This document shows, piece by piece, positions 6,765 to 16,407 of a stretch of DNA of 32,000 bases (position 1 is its first letter; each line of letters opens with the position of its first letter). The translations under genes and the position numbers were made by a program. The stretch spans positions 210,001 to 242,000 of the forward strand of contig OY969931.1 of the NCBI GenBank assembly GCA_963704705.1. Direction: 5' to 3'. The stretch comes from an uncultured bacterium (GTDB lineage Bacteria > Patescibacteriota > Gracilibacteria > UBA1369 > PNNO01). The notes under the pieces were generated by a model that searched no databases, was not told the DNA's origin, and saw nothing but the letters and a program-made list of their open reading frames with translations.

Positions 6765-7433
6765 TTAGATGTGTTTTTTAATTAAGCTAAGATAAGTAGC
6801 AAAATCATTTGTTAACTGAGCATTCCTTAGTTCATCTGTCTCATCTCTTATAAGGCCTGTTTCATTGCTGCCAAGTGCTCTTTTTATAGAAAAATTATAT
6901 ACCCTATATGTTGCTTCCATTTGGTCCTGTAGAAATTGTCTTGTTTGTTCATGATTCCATAATAAAAACTCATCGGTTTCTTCAGCGCTTTTTGGATAAC
7001 CGTTTCCGATAAATAAAACAACTCCTTTATCCAAAGTAATATCAATAAGGCTCTGAATATATGCTTTATTTCTATTAAAATTTTCTTCAGCTGCTTCCTG
7101 GCTGCCTCCAACATAATCATTCGGACCTAATCCAACCAAAATTAAATTAACATATCCATCTACTTTTTTATCAACCAATTCCTGAACTAAATCTTTTGCA
7201 TCCAACCCAGAGTTAACTTCGTGGAAAATAAAAATATTATCTGTTTTCTGCTCAGCATTTGCCATTTTTTCTTTTAAATAATTAAACCATCCCTGATATT
7301 CAGGCCCACCAATTAAATTCACATAATAGGGCTGAGTTTCATCTATATCCACTAAACCGTTTCCATCAATTGTAGGTCCGCAAGCTGTTAATAAAACTAG
7401 TCCTGCTGCCAAAAAAGCTAATACTTTTTTCAT
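6765..7433 (-). CDS. Putative lipoprotein, function unknown (weak SGNH-hydrolase-like GxND block)
   Basis: The track ORF 6765..7493 starts at a TTG and overlaps ahcY. The internal ATG at 7433 gives MKKVLAFLAAGLVLLTAC|G, a textbook lipoprotein signal with a lipobox. ILVGLGPNDY resembles SGNH block III, but no GDS block I serine is visible. Confidence 0.6.
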   Translation of the reverse strand: MKKVLAFLAAGLVLLTACGPTIDGNGLVDIDETQPYYVNLIGGPEYQGWFNYLKEKMANAEQKTDNIFIFHEVNSGLDAKDLVQELVDKKVDGYVNLILVGLGPNDYVGGSQEAAEENFNRNKAYIQSLIDITLDKGVVLFIGNGYPKSAEETDEFLLWNHEQTRQFLQDQMEATYRVYNFSIKRALGSNETGLIRDETDELRNAQLTNDFATYLSLIKKHI

Positions 7434-7471
7434 AATATTATTGGTTAATAATTTCGGTTTTGGATTATACT

Positions 7472-8710
7472 CTACGAAGTGCCTTCCTGCCAAGAGTTCA
7501 AATATTCAATTTGTTCAGGAGTTAGCTCGTCGATTTCTACATCCATTGTTTTAAGCTGTAGTTTTGCGATTTCATCATCGATTTCTGCTGGAAGCTGAAT
7601 AACTGCATTACCGAGCTTACCTTTATTTTTAACTAAAAATTCACAAGCGAGTGCCTGGCCGCAGAAGCTCATGGACATAACATCAGATGGGTGTCCTTCA
7701 GCTGCCGCTAGGTTAATTAAACGGCCTTCTCCTAAAATATAAATATGACCAGGACCTTCTATTTCAAATTTTTCCATAAAGGGTCTTACTTGCTCTGTAT
7801 GCTTTGCAATTTCGCGAATACCCTTCACGTCTATCTCAATGTCAAAATGGCCTGAATTCGCAAGAATCGCGCCCATTTTCATTGTTTTAACGTGCGCCGG
7901 GCTTATAACATGTTTATTACCGGTAACCGTAATAAAAATATCTCCGATTGGTGCTGCGTCTTCCATTTTCATCACTCTAAATCCATCCATATGTGCCTGA
8001 AGTGCAGGGAAAGCATCAACCTCTGTAACAATAACATTTGCACCCAAACCTTTTGCTCGCATGGCAGTGCCCTTACCGCAGCTTCCATATCCTGCGACAA
8101 CAACAGTTTTTCCGCAAACCAAAGTATTTGTTGCCCTTAAAATACCGTCCCATGTTGATTGGCCGGTTCCATAATAATTATCCATTAAATGTTTTGTATT
8201 GTTGTCATTAACAGCTATAACCGGATATTTTAAAGCACCTTCCCGAACCATTGAATGAAGTCTGATAATTCCTGTTGTTGTTTCTTCACATCCGCCGATA
8301 ATTTCATCCATTAAATCAGTTCGTTTTGTATGAATTTCAGTAACCAAATCACATCCGTCGTCTATTGTAATATTTGGTTTTATATCCAGTACATTATTTA
8401 GGCAGGCATAATATTCCTCAGAAGTCTGACCTTTTTTGCCATACGCTTTCATTCCTTTCGCTCGCAAAGCTTCTGCTACATCATCCTGAGTTGAAAGTGG
8501 ATTACACCCTGCAACCGCTACTTCTGCACCCCCGGCTTCCAAAGTTTCAACAAGGTTTGCTGTTTCTTTTGTTATATGAAGAGCCATGCCGATTCGCACA
8601 CCCTTAAGTGGCTTTTCTTTTTCAAATCGTTTTTTGATTTCCATTAAAGCACCCATGTTTTCTTTTGCGAGTGCCATATTATTTTCTCCCTGCTTTATTA
8701 AATTATTCAT
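7472..8710 (-). CDS. ahcY: Adenosylhomocysteinase (short, about 410-aa type)
   Basis: KPLKGVRIGMALHITKETANLVETLEAGGAEV is the substrate domain. VVVAGYGSCGKGTAMRAKGLGANVIVTEVD is the NAD Rossmann motif, and GHFDIEIDV is also present. The start overlaps the metK stop as TAATG. Confidence 0.95.
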   Translation of the reverse strand: MNNLIKQGENNMALAKENMGALMEIKKRFEKEKPLKGVRIGMALHITKETANLVETLEAGGAEVAVAGCNPLSTQDDVAEALRAKGMKAYGKKGQTSEEYYACLNNVLDIKPNITIDDGCDLVTEIHTKRTDLMDEIIGGCEETTTGIIRLHSMVREGALKYPVIAVNDNNTKHLMDNYYGTGQSTWDGILRATNTLVCGKTVVVAGYGSCGKGTAMRAKGLGANVIVTEVDAFPALQAHMDGFRVMKMEDAAPIGDIFITVTGNKHVISPAHVKTMKMGAILANSGHFDIEIDVKGIREIAKHTEQVRPFMEKFEIEGPGHIYILGEGRLINLAAAEGHPSDVMSMSFCGQALACEFLVKNKGKLGNAVIQLPAEIDDEIAKLQLKTMDVEIDELTPEQIEYLNSWQEGTS

Positions 8711-9855
8711 TATTTAAATACGTTAGTTTTATCTGTTTGCTCCCATGTGAATTCAGGGAGTTCGCGGCCAAAGTGGCCATAGCAAGCTGTTTTTTGATAA
8801 ATTGGTCTTAATAAATTTAAACCGGTAATTATTCCTGCCGGACTTAAATCGAAATTATCCAAAATCATTTGTTCGATTTTTCTGTCATCAACTTTACCTG
8901 TTCCATAAGTTTTAACTTCAATAGATAAAGGATGGGTTACGCCGATTGCGTATGAAAGCTGAAGTTCACATTTTTTTGCGATTCCGCTCGCAACAACATT
9001 TTTTGCAATATATCTGGCCATGTAAGTTGCGCTTCTGTCTACTTTTGTTGGATCTTTTCCTGAGAAACAACCTCCGCCATGAGCAGCTGAGCCGCCATAG
9101 GTATCAACAATTATTTTTCTGCCTGTTAATCCCGTATCACCCATTGGTCCGCCAATAATAAATTTACCTGTTGGGTTAATGTAGTATTTTGTATTTTTAT
9201 CAATCAAGCCGTCGCAAACAGGTTTAATAACATATTTCTTAATATCTTCCGCGATTTCTTTTTGAGTAAGCCTTGGATCATGTTGAGCAGACACAACAAC
9301 CTGATCAATTCTTTTTGGTTTACCGTCGTGATATTCTACTGTTACCTGAGTCTTGCCGTCAGGTCTTAAATAATTTAGAATTTTATTTTTTCGAACTTCT
9401 TCAAGTTTCATAGCAAGCTTATGAGCAAGACTAATTGGCAAAGGCATGAGTTCAGGAGTTTCATCACAGGCATATCCAATCATAATTCCCTGATCACCAG
9501 CACCAAGATTTTTATCTATTGTGTGTTTTTTATTCACACCCTGTGCAATATCCGGACTCTGTTCATGAATAGAAGTGATAACACTGCAGGTTTCGTTATC
9601 AAAGCCGAATTTCGCCCTTGTGTAGCCAATATCTTTAACAACCTTCCTTGCAATATCAGGTATATCAACATAACAATTTGTTGTAATTTCACCTGCAACA
9701 AAAACCAAACCTGTTGTTACCAGAGTTTCACAAGCAACGCGTCCAAAAGGATCCTGCTCCAAAATTGCGTCTAAGATTGCATCAGAAACCTGATCTGCAA
9801 GTTTATCAGGATGTCCGCAAGTAACCGATTCCGATGTAAAGTAATGTTTGTTCAT
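8710..9855 (-). CDS. metK: S-adenosylmethionine synthetase
   Basis: [37 protein letters not shown] and [26 protein letters not shown] are hallmark MetK motifs. The length is 381 aa. Confidence 0.97.
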   Translation of the reverse strand: MNKHYFTSESVTCGHPDKLADQVSDAILDAILEQDPFGRVACETLVTTGLVFVAGEITTNCYVDIPDIARKVVKDIGYTRAKFGFDNETCSVITSIHEQSPDIAQGVNKKHTIDKNLGAGDQGIMIGYACDETPELMPLPISLAHKLAMKLEEVRKNKILNYLRPDGKTQVTVEYHDGKPKRIDQVVVSAQHDPRLTQKEIAEDIKKYVIKPVCDGLIDKNTKYYINPTGKFIIGGPMGDTGLTGRKIIVDTYGGSAAHGGGCFSGKDPTKVDRSATYMARYIAKNVVASGIAKKCELQLSYAIGVTHPLSIEVKTYGTGKVDDRKIEQMILDNFDLSPAGIITGLNLLRPIYQKTACYGHFGRELPEFTWEQTDKTNVFK

Positions 9856-9906
9856 AATACGAAAAGGATATTAGCAAAGTCAGGCGAAGAAATCCAGAGG
9901 TACCAT

Positions 9907-9941
9907 ATGCAAATTGTCAGAAAAAAGCTAGCTATTTGCAT
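9907..9941. promoter_or_regulatory. Perfect 8-bp inverted repeat ATGCAAAT-N19-ATTTGCAT in the metK / GT2 divergent intergenic region
   Basis: ATGCAAAT lies at 9907-9914 and ATTTGCAT at 9934-9941, with the spacer tgtcagaaaaaagctagct. It sits inside a 120-nt divergent promoter region. Confidence 0.4.
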
Positions 9942-9975
9942 ACAGTACTTCCGGCATTTGTGTTAAAATTAAGCC

Positions 9976-11025
9976 ATGGTAATTAAGCTTCCTGAAATCT
10001 CAATTGTGATTGTTGGATATAAAGCGAAAAAGTACCTTGATGAATGCTTTAAATCAATCCAGCATCAAACAATTTTTAGCCCGAATAATGTCGAGGTTAT
10101 TTATATTGATAATGCTTCTTTTGATCAAAGCATTGCGCATATTCAGCGAAATTATAAATGGGTTAACACGGTTCGCAACATGAAAAATATTGGATTCGGA
10201 CCTGCTTTAAATCAGGGGATACGTTATGCATCGGGTGAATATGTTTTAGTAATGAATCCTGATGTTATTCTTGAGAAGGATTATCTTGAAAATGCTGTCA
10301 AAAAAATGCAGCACGACAGGCATATTGCAGCAATCATGGGTAAAATTTATCAATATGATTTTAATTCATCAGGTAAAACAGAATTTTTAGATAGTGTTGG
10401 GATACACGCTTATGTTGATCGCGAAATTTTGAGTGCGCGCGGTGCACCTGACGAAGGGCAGTTTGAAGACCCTTGTGAAATTTTTAGTGTAAGAAATATT
10501 TGTGCATTTTATAGAAAAAGCGCATTAGAAGATGCCCAGATGCTTGGAGAATATTTTGATGAGAATTTCTTTTTATATTTGGAAGATGTTGATTTGTGCT
10601 GGAGGCTGCACTTACTTGGCTGGAAAGTATATTATTTGCCATCACTGGTTAGTTTTCATTTTCGTGATACGTACAAAGATGCAACTCTTGAAAAATATAA
10701 AGCTATTGAAAGAAGACAATTTATAATAAATGAAAGATTAATGCTCGTGAAAAATGAATTTATATTTACAATGCTGCGCGATATCTATTCTTTGGCAAAA
10801 AAGCGTTTAATTAAAAGTTTTTTTAAAGAAGGTTGGATTTCGGGTTACTTTCAGTATTTAAAAATGCTTCCAAAAACATTGAGTTGGAGGCATACAATAA
10901 TGAAAAGAAAACGTGTTACCCGCTATGATATGCAAAAGTGGTTTGTGAAATCCGGCAGTAAAAAATACGATTTTTATAAATCAAAAAATTTACAAATATA
11001 TGCAAAGCTTCCTCCGACTTACTAA
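9976..11025 (+). CDS. Family 2 glycosyltransferase (rhamnosyltransferase-like)
   Basis: ISIVIVGYKAKKYLDECFKSIQHQT, IYIDNASFDQS, then NIGFGPALNQG, VMNPDV and YLEDVDLCWR make up the typical GT-A/GT2 motif order, including the DxD-like and ED acceptor motifs. Confidence 0.85.
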   Translation: MVIKLPEISIVIVGYKAKKYLDECFKSIQHQTIFSPNNVEVIYIDNASFDQSIAHIQRNYKWVNTVRNMKNIGFGPALNQGIRYASGEYVLVMNPDVILEKDYLENAVKKMQHDRHIAAIMGKIYQYDFNSSGKTEFLDSVGIHAYVDREILSARGAPDEGQFEDPCEIFSVRNICAFYRKSALEDAQMLGEYFDENFFLYLEDVDLCWRLHLLGWKVYYLPSLVSFHFRDTYKDATLEKYKAIERRQFIINERLMLVKNEFIFTMLRDIYSLAKKRLIKSFFKEGWISGYFQYLKMLPKTLSWRHTIMKRKRVTRYDMQKWFVKSGSKKYDFYKSKNLQIYAKLPPTY

Positions 11026-12370
11026 TCAAAAAAAACCTTCGATTATAATTTTGCTGGTTTCTGACTTGCTATTTTTTTTCGCGAGTTTTTTATGTGCATA
11101 TTATTTTCGTAATTTTATTGCTGATCCTATTCAGCCGATACTTGTTTATATGCAGGCTTTGCCTGTGGCATTTTTAATTCTGATAATTGTTTTTTATTTT
11201 TTTGGACTGTATGAACAAAAAATTCGAATTGAAAGCATAAGTGAAATTTTCACTGTAATTAAAGGTATATTAATGACAGCTGTTTTGCTGATGGCTGTTT
11301 CTTTTTTATATAAATATGATTATTCACGCGGTTTTGTTTTGATTTTTGTTGGTTTTGCCATGGTTTTTTTGAATTCAGGCAGATATTTTGTGAGACTTTA
11401 TCAAAGATTACTTATTAAAAAAGGTAAAGGTATTAGTCGTATTTTGATATTGGGCGCAGGAAAGCCGGGTCGCCGTTTAGCTGAACAAATCGAGAAATTT
11501 AAAGATTTTGGTTACTTAATTGTTGGTTATGTTGATGATAAAGTTCGCAAAGACAGAGTTAATTTACTTGGCGGTATAAATGAGATTTCACAAATAATCA
11601 AAAAGTATAAAATAGATGTTGTTTACGTTTCGGATCCAACAATGGCTCACGAAAAAATGCTCGAACTAATGACAGAGTGCAGTGATTTAAATGTGCAGTT
11701 TAAACTGGTTTCATCATTATACGAAATTTTGGTCGGAAATATTAATATAAGTGAACTTGAGGGTATTCCTTCGATTGATGTGAAACCGCGAAAAGCTAAT
11801 TTTCTTTATCGATTAATCAAAAGAATAATTGATATCTTAGGATCTTTGATTCTGCTGATTTTATTTATGCCTTTTTGGCTGTTGATTGTTATTTTAATTC
11901 GGCTTGATTCAAAAGGTGCGGCACATTTTATTCATAAAAGAGTCGGGAAAGATGGAAAAGAATTTAATTTATATAAGTTTAGAACAATGAAAGGCACTGT
12001 TGGTGCATATCAAGTTGCGCCTTTAAAAGCCAGCGATGCGCGAATTACCAAGATTGGCAAATTTTTGCGAAAAACAAGTCTGGATGAACTTCCGCAATTA
12101 TTAAATGTTTTGAAAAATGATATGTCTTTGGTTGGGCCAAGACCCGAAATGCCTTTTATTGTTAAAAAATATTCAAAATGGCAAAGAAAGCGCCTTGAAG
12201 TTAAACCTGGGTTAACAGGGCTTTGGCAAATTTTGGGTAGAAAAGACCTGCCCCTTCATGAGAATATAGAATATGATTTTTATTATATACAAAACCAGTC
12301 TTTGCTTCTTGATCTTGTAATTTTGATTAAGACAGTATGGGCTGTAATAACCGCAAAAGGTGCATTTTAA
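11000..12370 (+). CDS. Polyprenyl-phosphate glycosyl-phosphotransferase (WbaP/EpsB-type initiating sugar transferase)
   Basis: There are four N-terminal TM helices and a central Rossmann-like segment (ILILGAGKPGRRLA). The C-terminal bacterial sugar transferase domain reads KRIIDILGSLILLILFMPFWLLIVILIRLDSKG...LYKFRTM...DELPQLLNVLKNDMSLVGPRPE. It overlaps the GT2 gene by 26 nt. Confidence 0.9.
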   Translation: MQSFLRLTNQKKPSIIILLVSDLLFFFASFLCAYYFRNFIADPIQPILVYMQALPVAFLILIIVFYFFGLYEQKIRIESISEIFTVIKGILMTAVLLMAVSFLYKYDYSRGFVLIFVGFAMVFLNSGRYFVRLYQRLLIKKGKGISRILILGAGKPGRRLAEQIEKFKDFGYLIVGYVDDKVRKDRVNLLGGINEISQIIKKYKIDVVYVSDPTMAHEKMLELMTECSDLNVQFKLVSSLYEILVGNINISELEGIPSIDVKPRKANFLYRLIKRIIDILGSLILLILFMPFWLLIVILIRLDSKGAAHFIHKRVGKDGKEFNLYKFRTMKGTVGAYQVAPLKASDARITKIGKFLRKTSLDELPQLLNVLKNDMSLVGPRPEMPFIVKKYSKWQRKRLEVKPGLTGLWQILGRKDLPLHENIEYDFYYIQNQSLLLDLVILIKTVWAVITAKGAF

Positions 12371-12382
12371 TCTGTAAAAACC

Positions 12383-14341
12383 ATGAAAAAAAATATCAGT
12401 ACACGGCTTGAAAAAATAATAGAATGGCTAATTTATATCTCAGTAATTATTGTGCCGCTTATATTTTTACCGCAGGTTAATTCGGTTTTTGCAGCGCCAA
12501 AGCTTTATATTTTCAGGGTAATTACTTTACTTATTATTTTACTTTGGGGTGCGAAATGTTTATTTTCTGACAAAATTAGGTTTAAATTTCCAAAGTTTTT
12601 TTGGTTTGTAATTGCATATGCAGCAATATCGATAGTTAATACTTTTGTTACAGTAAATATTTTCACAAGTTTATTTGGAACTTATGGAAGATTTTTGGGA
12701 ATTTTTACCATAATCAATTTATTATTCTGGATTTACATAGTTTTTAGTTTTATAAATACACGCGAAAAAATCATTAAACTTATTTGGTATTCAGTGATAA
12801 CTTCTTTTGTTGTAGGGGTTTATGGACTGCTTCAATATTTTGATTTATTTGTGAATATTATCCCATGGACTATGGATCCGATGGACAGGGTCTTTAGTAC
12901 GATCGGACACAGTAATCATACAGCAGCATATCTTGGAATGAATTTAATGCTTATGTTTGCCTTAATTTTTAACGAGGATAATAAGAAAAGAAAGATTATG
13001 CTTTGTATCGGGTTTGCATTGATTGGATTAGTTCTAATTTTAACTGCAAGCCGCGGTGGTGTTTTTGCGGTAATAATTGCAGGTATTGTTTGGCTGGTAT
13101 TTATTTTAAAAAGCAAAAAATTATCCAAAAAAACATTTAAATTTACAATAATCGGATTAATTATAGGAGCGATTTTCGGCATTTTATTAAGCGGACCGAT
13201 TTCTAAAATTGGCGTGGTTGAAAGAACAACATCAACAATTACCTATGTTTTACAGGGTAATATGCCGGATAGGGTAAGCTGGTGGTTAAGTAGTTTTGAA
13301 ATGATAGCTGACAAACCTTTCCTTGGGCACGGACTATCAACTTTTAAAGATATCTACAATCAATATCGCCGTACTGATTATAGGCTGCCGGATGATTCTC
13401 AGGACAATATAACGCCTGAAACAGCACATAATGAATATTTAAATATCGCCGCAACTCAGGGGATAATCGGATTTTTGCTTTATGCAGCCATGATATTTGT
13501 TCTGTTGCGTTCAGCATATAAATATATTAAGAAAGCTAATCAACAAGACAAAATAATAGCACTTAGTTTATTAACAGCTTTATTGGTTTATTTGATCGAA
13601 GTGTTTATGAGTTTTGGCACGGTATGTACACTATTTATTTTTTACACAATAATTGGCTTACTTGTGGCATATATTAATATTGAAAATAATTCCGAACTGG
13701 TATTAAAAAGGTTTATTTTATTTATAAAAGCAATTTTCATTATAGTTGTAATTTTTATTTTTGTTTTAGGTAATTATGGTGCCTTCAGGGTTATTGAGGC
13801 AGAATATTATTTTGAACAAGCAAATCATTATCAGTTAACCGGAGATTTTGAAAATGCTATTAACTCATATGATAAAACAGTAGAAATTCAGGGGCATGTT
13901 CCTAAATATTATGAAGAATATGCTAATTTTATCTTTGAATTTGCAATAAATTTACCTGAGCAGGCACAGGTAAATTATTTAAAAAATGCAGTCAATTTAT
14001 ATGCAAATGCAATAAAAATTAATAATAATTATCCAAACATACTTATGAATCAGGCCTTGGTTTATTCAAGATTAGTGGATTTATACAGGAACGATTCTGA
14101 TAATTACGAAAAATATAAATTCCTCTCAATTGAGGTAATGAAAGTAGTTATGGAGAAAATGAAAAATAATCCTTATTATGTTTATAAATTTGCAATAACT
14201 TTAAAATTTTATAAGCAGTACGAAGATGCCCTTGGACAATTTATTTTAGTAAAAGAAATAAGAAACCATTATCTGGATACTGATGAAAAAATTAAAGAAC
14301 TACAATATTTAATTTCTTCTGGCGAGCAAACTACAGAATAA
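12383..14341 (+). CDS. O-antigen ligase/polymerase-family (Wzy_C) membrane protein with C-terminal TPR-like domain
   Basis: About 12 TM helices are predicted. Wzy_C signatures include GHSNHTAAYL, LTASRGG and the loop ETAHNEYLNIAATQGIIGF. The last ~180 aa are soluble and TPR-like (YYFEQANHYQLTGDFENAINSYDKTVEI..., YLKNAVNLYANAIKINNNYPN...). Confidence 0.75.
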   Translation: MKKNISTRLEKIIEWLIYISVIIVPLIFLPQVNSVFAAPKLYIFRVITLLIILLWGAKCLFSDKIRFKFPKFFWFVIAYAAISIVNTFVTVNIFTSLFGTYGRFLGIFTIINLLFWIYIVFSFINTREKIIKLIWYSVITSFVVGVYGLLQYFDLFVNIIPWTMDPMDRVFSTIGHSNHTAAYLGMNLMLMFALIFNEDNKKRKIMLCIGFALIGLVLILTASRGGVFAVIIAGIVWLVFILKSKKLSKKTFKFTIIGLIIGAIFGILLSGPISKIGVVERTTSTITYVLQGNMPDRVSWWLSSFEMIADKPFLGHGLSTFKDIYNQYRRTDYRLPDDSQDNITPETAHNEYLNIAATQGIIGFLLYAAMIFVLLRSAYKYIKKANQQDKIIALSLLTALLVYLIEVFMSFGTVCTLFIFYTIIGLLVAYINIENNSELVLKRFILFIKAIFIIVVIFIFVLGNYGAFRVIEAEYYFEQANHYQLTGDFENAINSYDKTVEIQGHVPKYYEEYANFIFEFAINLPEQAQVNYLKNAVNLYANAIKINNNYPNILMNQALVYSRLVDLYRNDSDNYEKYKFLSIEVMKVVMEKMKNNPYYVYKFAITLKFYKQYEDALGQFILVKEIRNHYLDTDEKIKELQYLISSGEQTTE

Positions 14342-15436
14342 TGCAGTAATCGGGATAGCCAGTAACAACCCGAAACTGCCGCTTATTGATCGTACAATTT
14401 CAGCTGCCATAAAGTCGAAGTTTATTACCTGGAGTGCAGCAAAATTGTTTAAATAGAAAAGCATTAATAATGGGAATGCGCTTCCGACATATGCAAGTAT
14501 CAATGTATTGCTCATTGTTCCCATAATATCTTTACCAACATTCATTCCTGATTTAAATAATTCTTTTGGGCCCAGGTTAGGGTTGGCTTGTGCTATTTCA
14601 TTTACAGCTGACGATATTGACATTCCAACATCCATAACAGCACCCAAAGCACCAATTACAATGCTGGCAAAAAAGATATTACCAAAATCAAGATCAGGTC
14701 TGTTTATATATAAAACACGTGCGTCTTCACCTGATAATCCTGTTAACACACTAATTTTGCCTACGATATAAGCTATAAGCGCAGCGAATAACAAACCTCC
14801 GATTGTGCCCAATATCGCACTGAGTGCTTTTTTGGTGAATCCGCTAATTATTAGAATTGTTGCAAATGTTACAGCAATACTGATAATTATTGAAAGCAGC
14901 AATGGGTTTGCTCCCTGAATAGAATAGGGAATTAAAATTAAAAATATTGCTCCAACAGTTATAATTAAACTTATTAAAGCTCTTAAACCTTTCCATTTCC
15001 CCAAAACTATAATTGCAATCATAAAGAGTACAACAAAAATTATCATTGCGTTGCTTCTTGCATAGTCAGTTGCAAATCCTTCATAAGTCCCATCTTCATA
15101 TTGTTTTAAAAGCACTATAACATGGTCACCTTTTTTCAAATCTAAGTCAAAAATTCTGCCTTCAATCTCATTTTTAGAAGAAAAGATTACACCTTTATTT
15201 GGGCCTTCCAGAATTTCGTAAGTAACGTCCTGAATTCTTGAATATTGAGGGTCCGGTTTATTTGGATCATATGATGGATTCGATTCATCAATTTGAATTT
15301 TTTGTTCATGAACTTCGCTAACCTTTGCGTTTACATAATCCTGATATACAGGGTCAGCAGGTGGCGCTTTATCTGCCGCACAAACTGTTTGTGTGAAGCT
15401 TAAAAATAAAAGCGCTGCTGTAAGTAATTTTTTCAT
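14309..15436 (-). CDS. YibE/F-family integral membrane protein
   Basis: Starting at ATG 15436 gives the signal-like MKKLLTAALLFLSFTQTVCAADK. The track start at 15463 adds 9 aa. A soluble N-domain of about 120 aa is followed by about 7 TM helices. GKWKGLRALISLIITVGAIFLILIPYSIQGANPLL...LTGLSGEDARVLY matches my recollection of YibE/F proteins. The 3' end overlaps the convergent Wzy_C gene by 33 nt. Confidence 0.6.
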   Translation of the reverse strand: MKKLLTAALLFLSFTQTVCAADKAPPADPVYQDYVNAKVSEVHEQKIQIDESNPSYDPNKPDPQYSRIQDVTYEILEGPNKGVIFSSKNEIEGRIFDLDLKKGDHVIVLLKQYEDGTYEGFATDYARSNAMIIFVVLFMIAIIVLGKWKGLRALISLIITVGAIFLILIPYSIQGANPLLLSIIISIAVTFATILIISGFTKKALSAILGTIGGLLFAALIAYIVGKISVLTGLSGEDARVLYINRPDLDFGNIFFASIVIGALGAVMDVGMSISSAVNEIAQANPNLGPKELFKSGMNVGKDIMGTMSNTLILAYVGSAFPLLMLFYLNNFAALQVINFDFMAAEIVRSISGSFGLLLAIPITALFCSLLARRN

Positions 15437-15477
15437 GATATATAATAGTAAAGCAGGTTGCATTTTAATCCATTTTA

Positions 15478-16380
15478 ATGAATAAAGAAATTAAAAAATT
15501 TGCAAAGGAACTTGGCTTCGATTTGTTTCGAATAATTGATGCGAATCCATTGCCAGAAGAAGCTGATCGTTTAAGAATATGGCTTAATAGAGGGTTTGAG
15601 GGTGATATGGATTATCTTGATAAAGACCCCCAAAAACGTACTGATCCTCAAAAAATCCTACCAGAAGCAAAATCAATAATTTGCCTTGGGATGAATTATT
15701 ATCAAAAAGTAGATCCTGCCAGCAATTGCAAGGTTGCACGTTACGCTTTTGGAAAGGATTATCACAAAGTCATAGAAAAAAAACTTAAAAAGATACGCCA
15801 ATTTATAATTGAAAAAACAGATGCAACAAAGCAGGATTTTAAATTATACTCTGATGCCGGCCCGTTTTTAGAACGTGCTTTTGCTGCAAAAGCCGGATTG
15901 GGATTCATTGGAAAGAATACAACTTTGATTACACCAGAATTCGGCTCATGGGTATTTTTAGCGGAAATTATTACAACTCTCGAACTTGAAATCGACCCTC
16001 CAATACAAAAATTTATTGGTGCTTGCGGAAGCTGCGATCGCTGTATAAAGGCATGTCCGACAAAAGCTCTTAATAAACCATATGAACTTGATGCCCGTAA
16101 ATGTATTTCGTATCAAACAATCGAAAACAAAGGCGAATTAACGGCCGACATTAGAGATCGCGCTTTTGGCTGCGATATATGTCAGGAAGTGTGTCCGCAC
16201 AATTGTCGTGCAATAATTACAAAATCACAGGATTTTTTAAATCATATTGCGGGTCCGAGCTTAAATCCAAATGAAATAAATCAAATGACACAGCAAGAAT
16301 TCGATCAAAAATTTACAGGCTCGCCATTAAAGCGCGCAGGTTTAAAAAACCTTAAAAGAAACATACAAAATATGATATGA
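15478..16380 (+). CDS. queG: tRNA epoxyqueuosine(34) reductase QueG (compact form)
   Basis: The N-terminus reads LGFDLFRIIDANPLPEEADRLRIWLNRGFEGDMDYLDK. The two ferredoxin-type 4Fe-4S motifs are CGSCDRCIKACP and CDICQEVCPHN. The C-terminal FTGSPLKRAGLKNLKRN is also present. The gene ends in TGA. Confidence 0.9.
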   Translation: MNKEIKKFAKELGFDLFRIIDANPLPEEADRLRIWLNRGFEGDMDYLDKDPQKRTDPQKILPEAKSIICLGMNYYQKVDPASNCKVARYAFGKDYHKVIEKKLKKIRQFIIEKTDATKQDFKLYSDAGPFLERAFAAKAGLGFIGKNTTLITPEFGSWVFLAEIITTLELEIDPPIQKFIGACGSCDRCIKACPTKALNKPYELDARKCISYQTIENKGELTADIRDRAFGCDICQEVCPHNCRAIITKSQDFLNHIAGPSLNPNEINQMTQQEFDQKFTGSPLKRAGLKNLKRNIQNMI

Positions 16381-16407
16381 TCATCCCAGTGAATTAACTT
16401 ATTAATT

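Noticed and set aside
7434-7493. N-terminal extension of the lipoprotein ORF (track start at 7493), overlapping ahcY by 22 nt.
   Set aside because: The extension starts at a TTG and adds 20 non-signal residues. The ATG at 7433 yields a perfect lipoprotein signal peptide and removes the overlap.
9856-9975. A SAM or SAH riboswitch upstream of metK-ahcY.
   Set aside because: The region is only 120 nt and is shared with a divergent gene. I cannot find the S-box four-way junction elements, the SAM-II/V pseudoknot with a 3' AAAGCU-type tail on the correct (minus) strand, or the GC-rich SAH motif. It is kept only as an unexplained inverted repeat.
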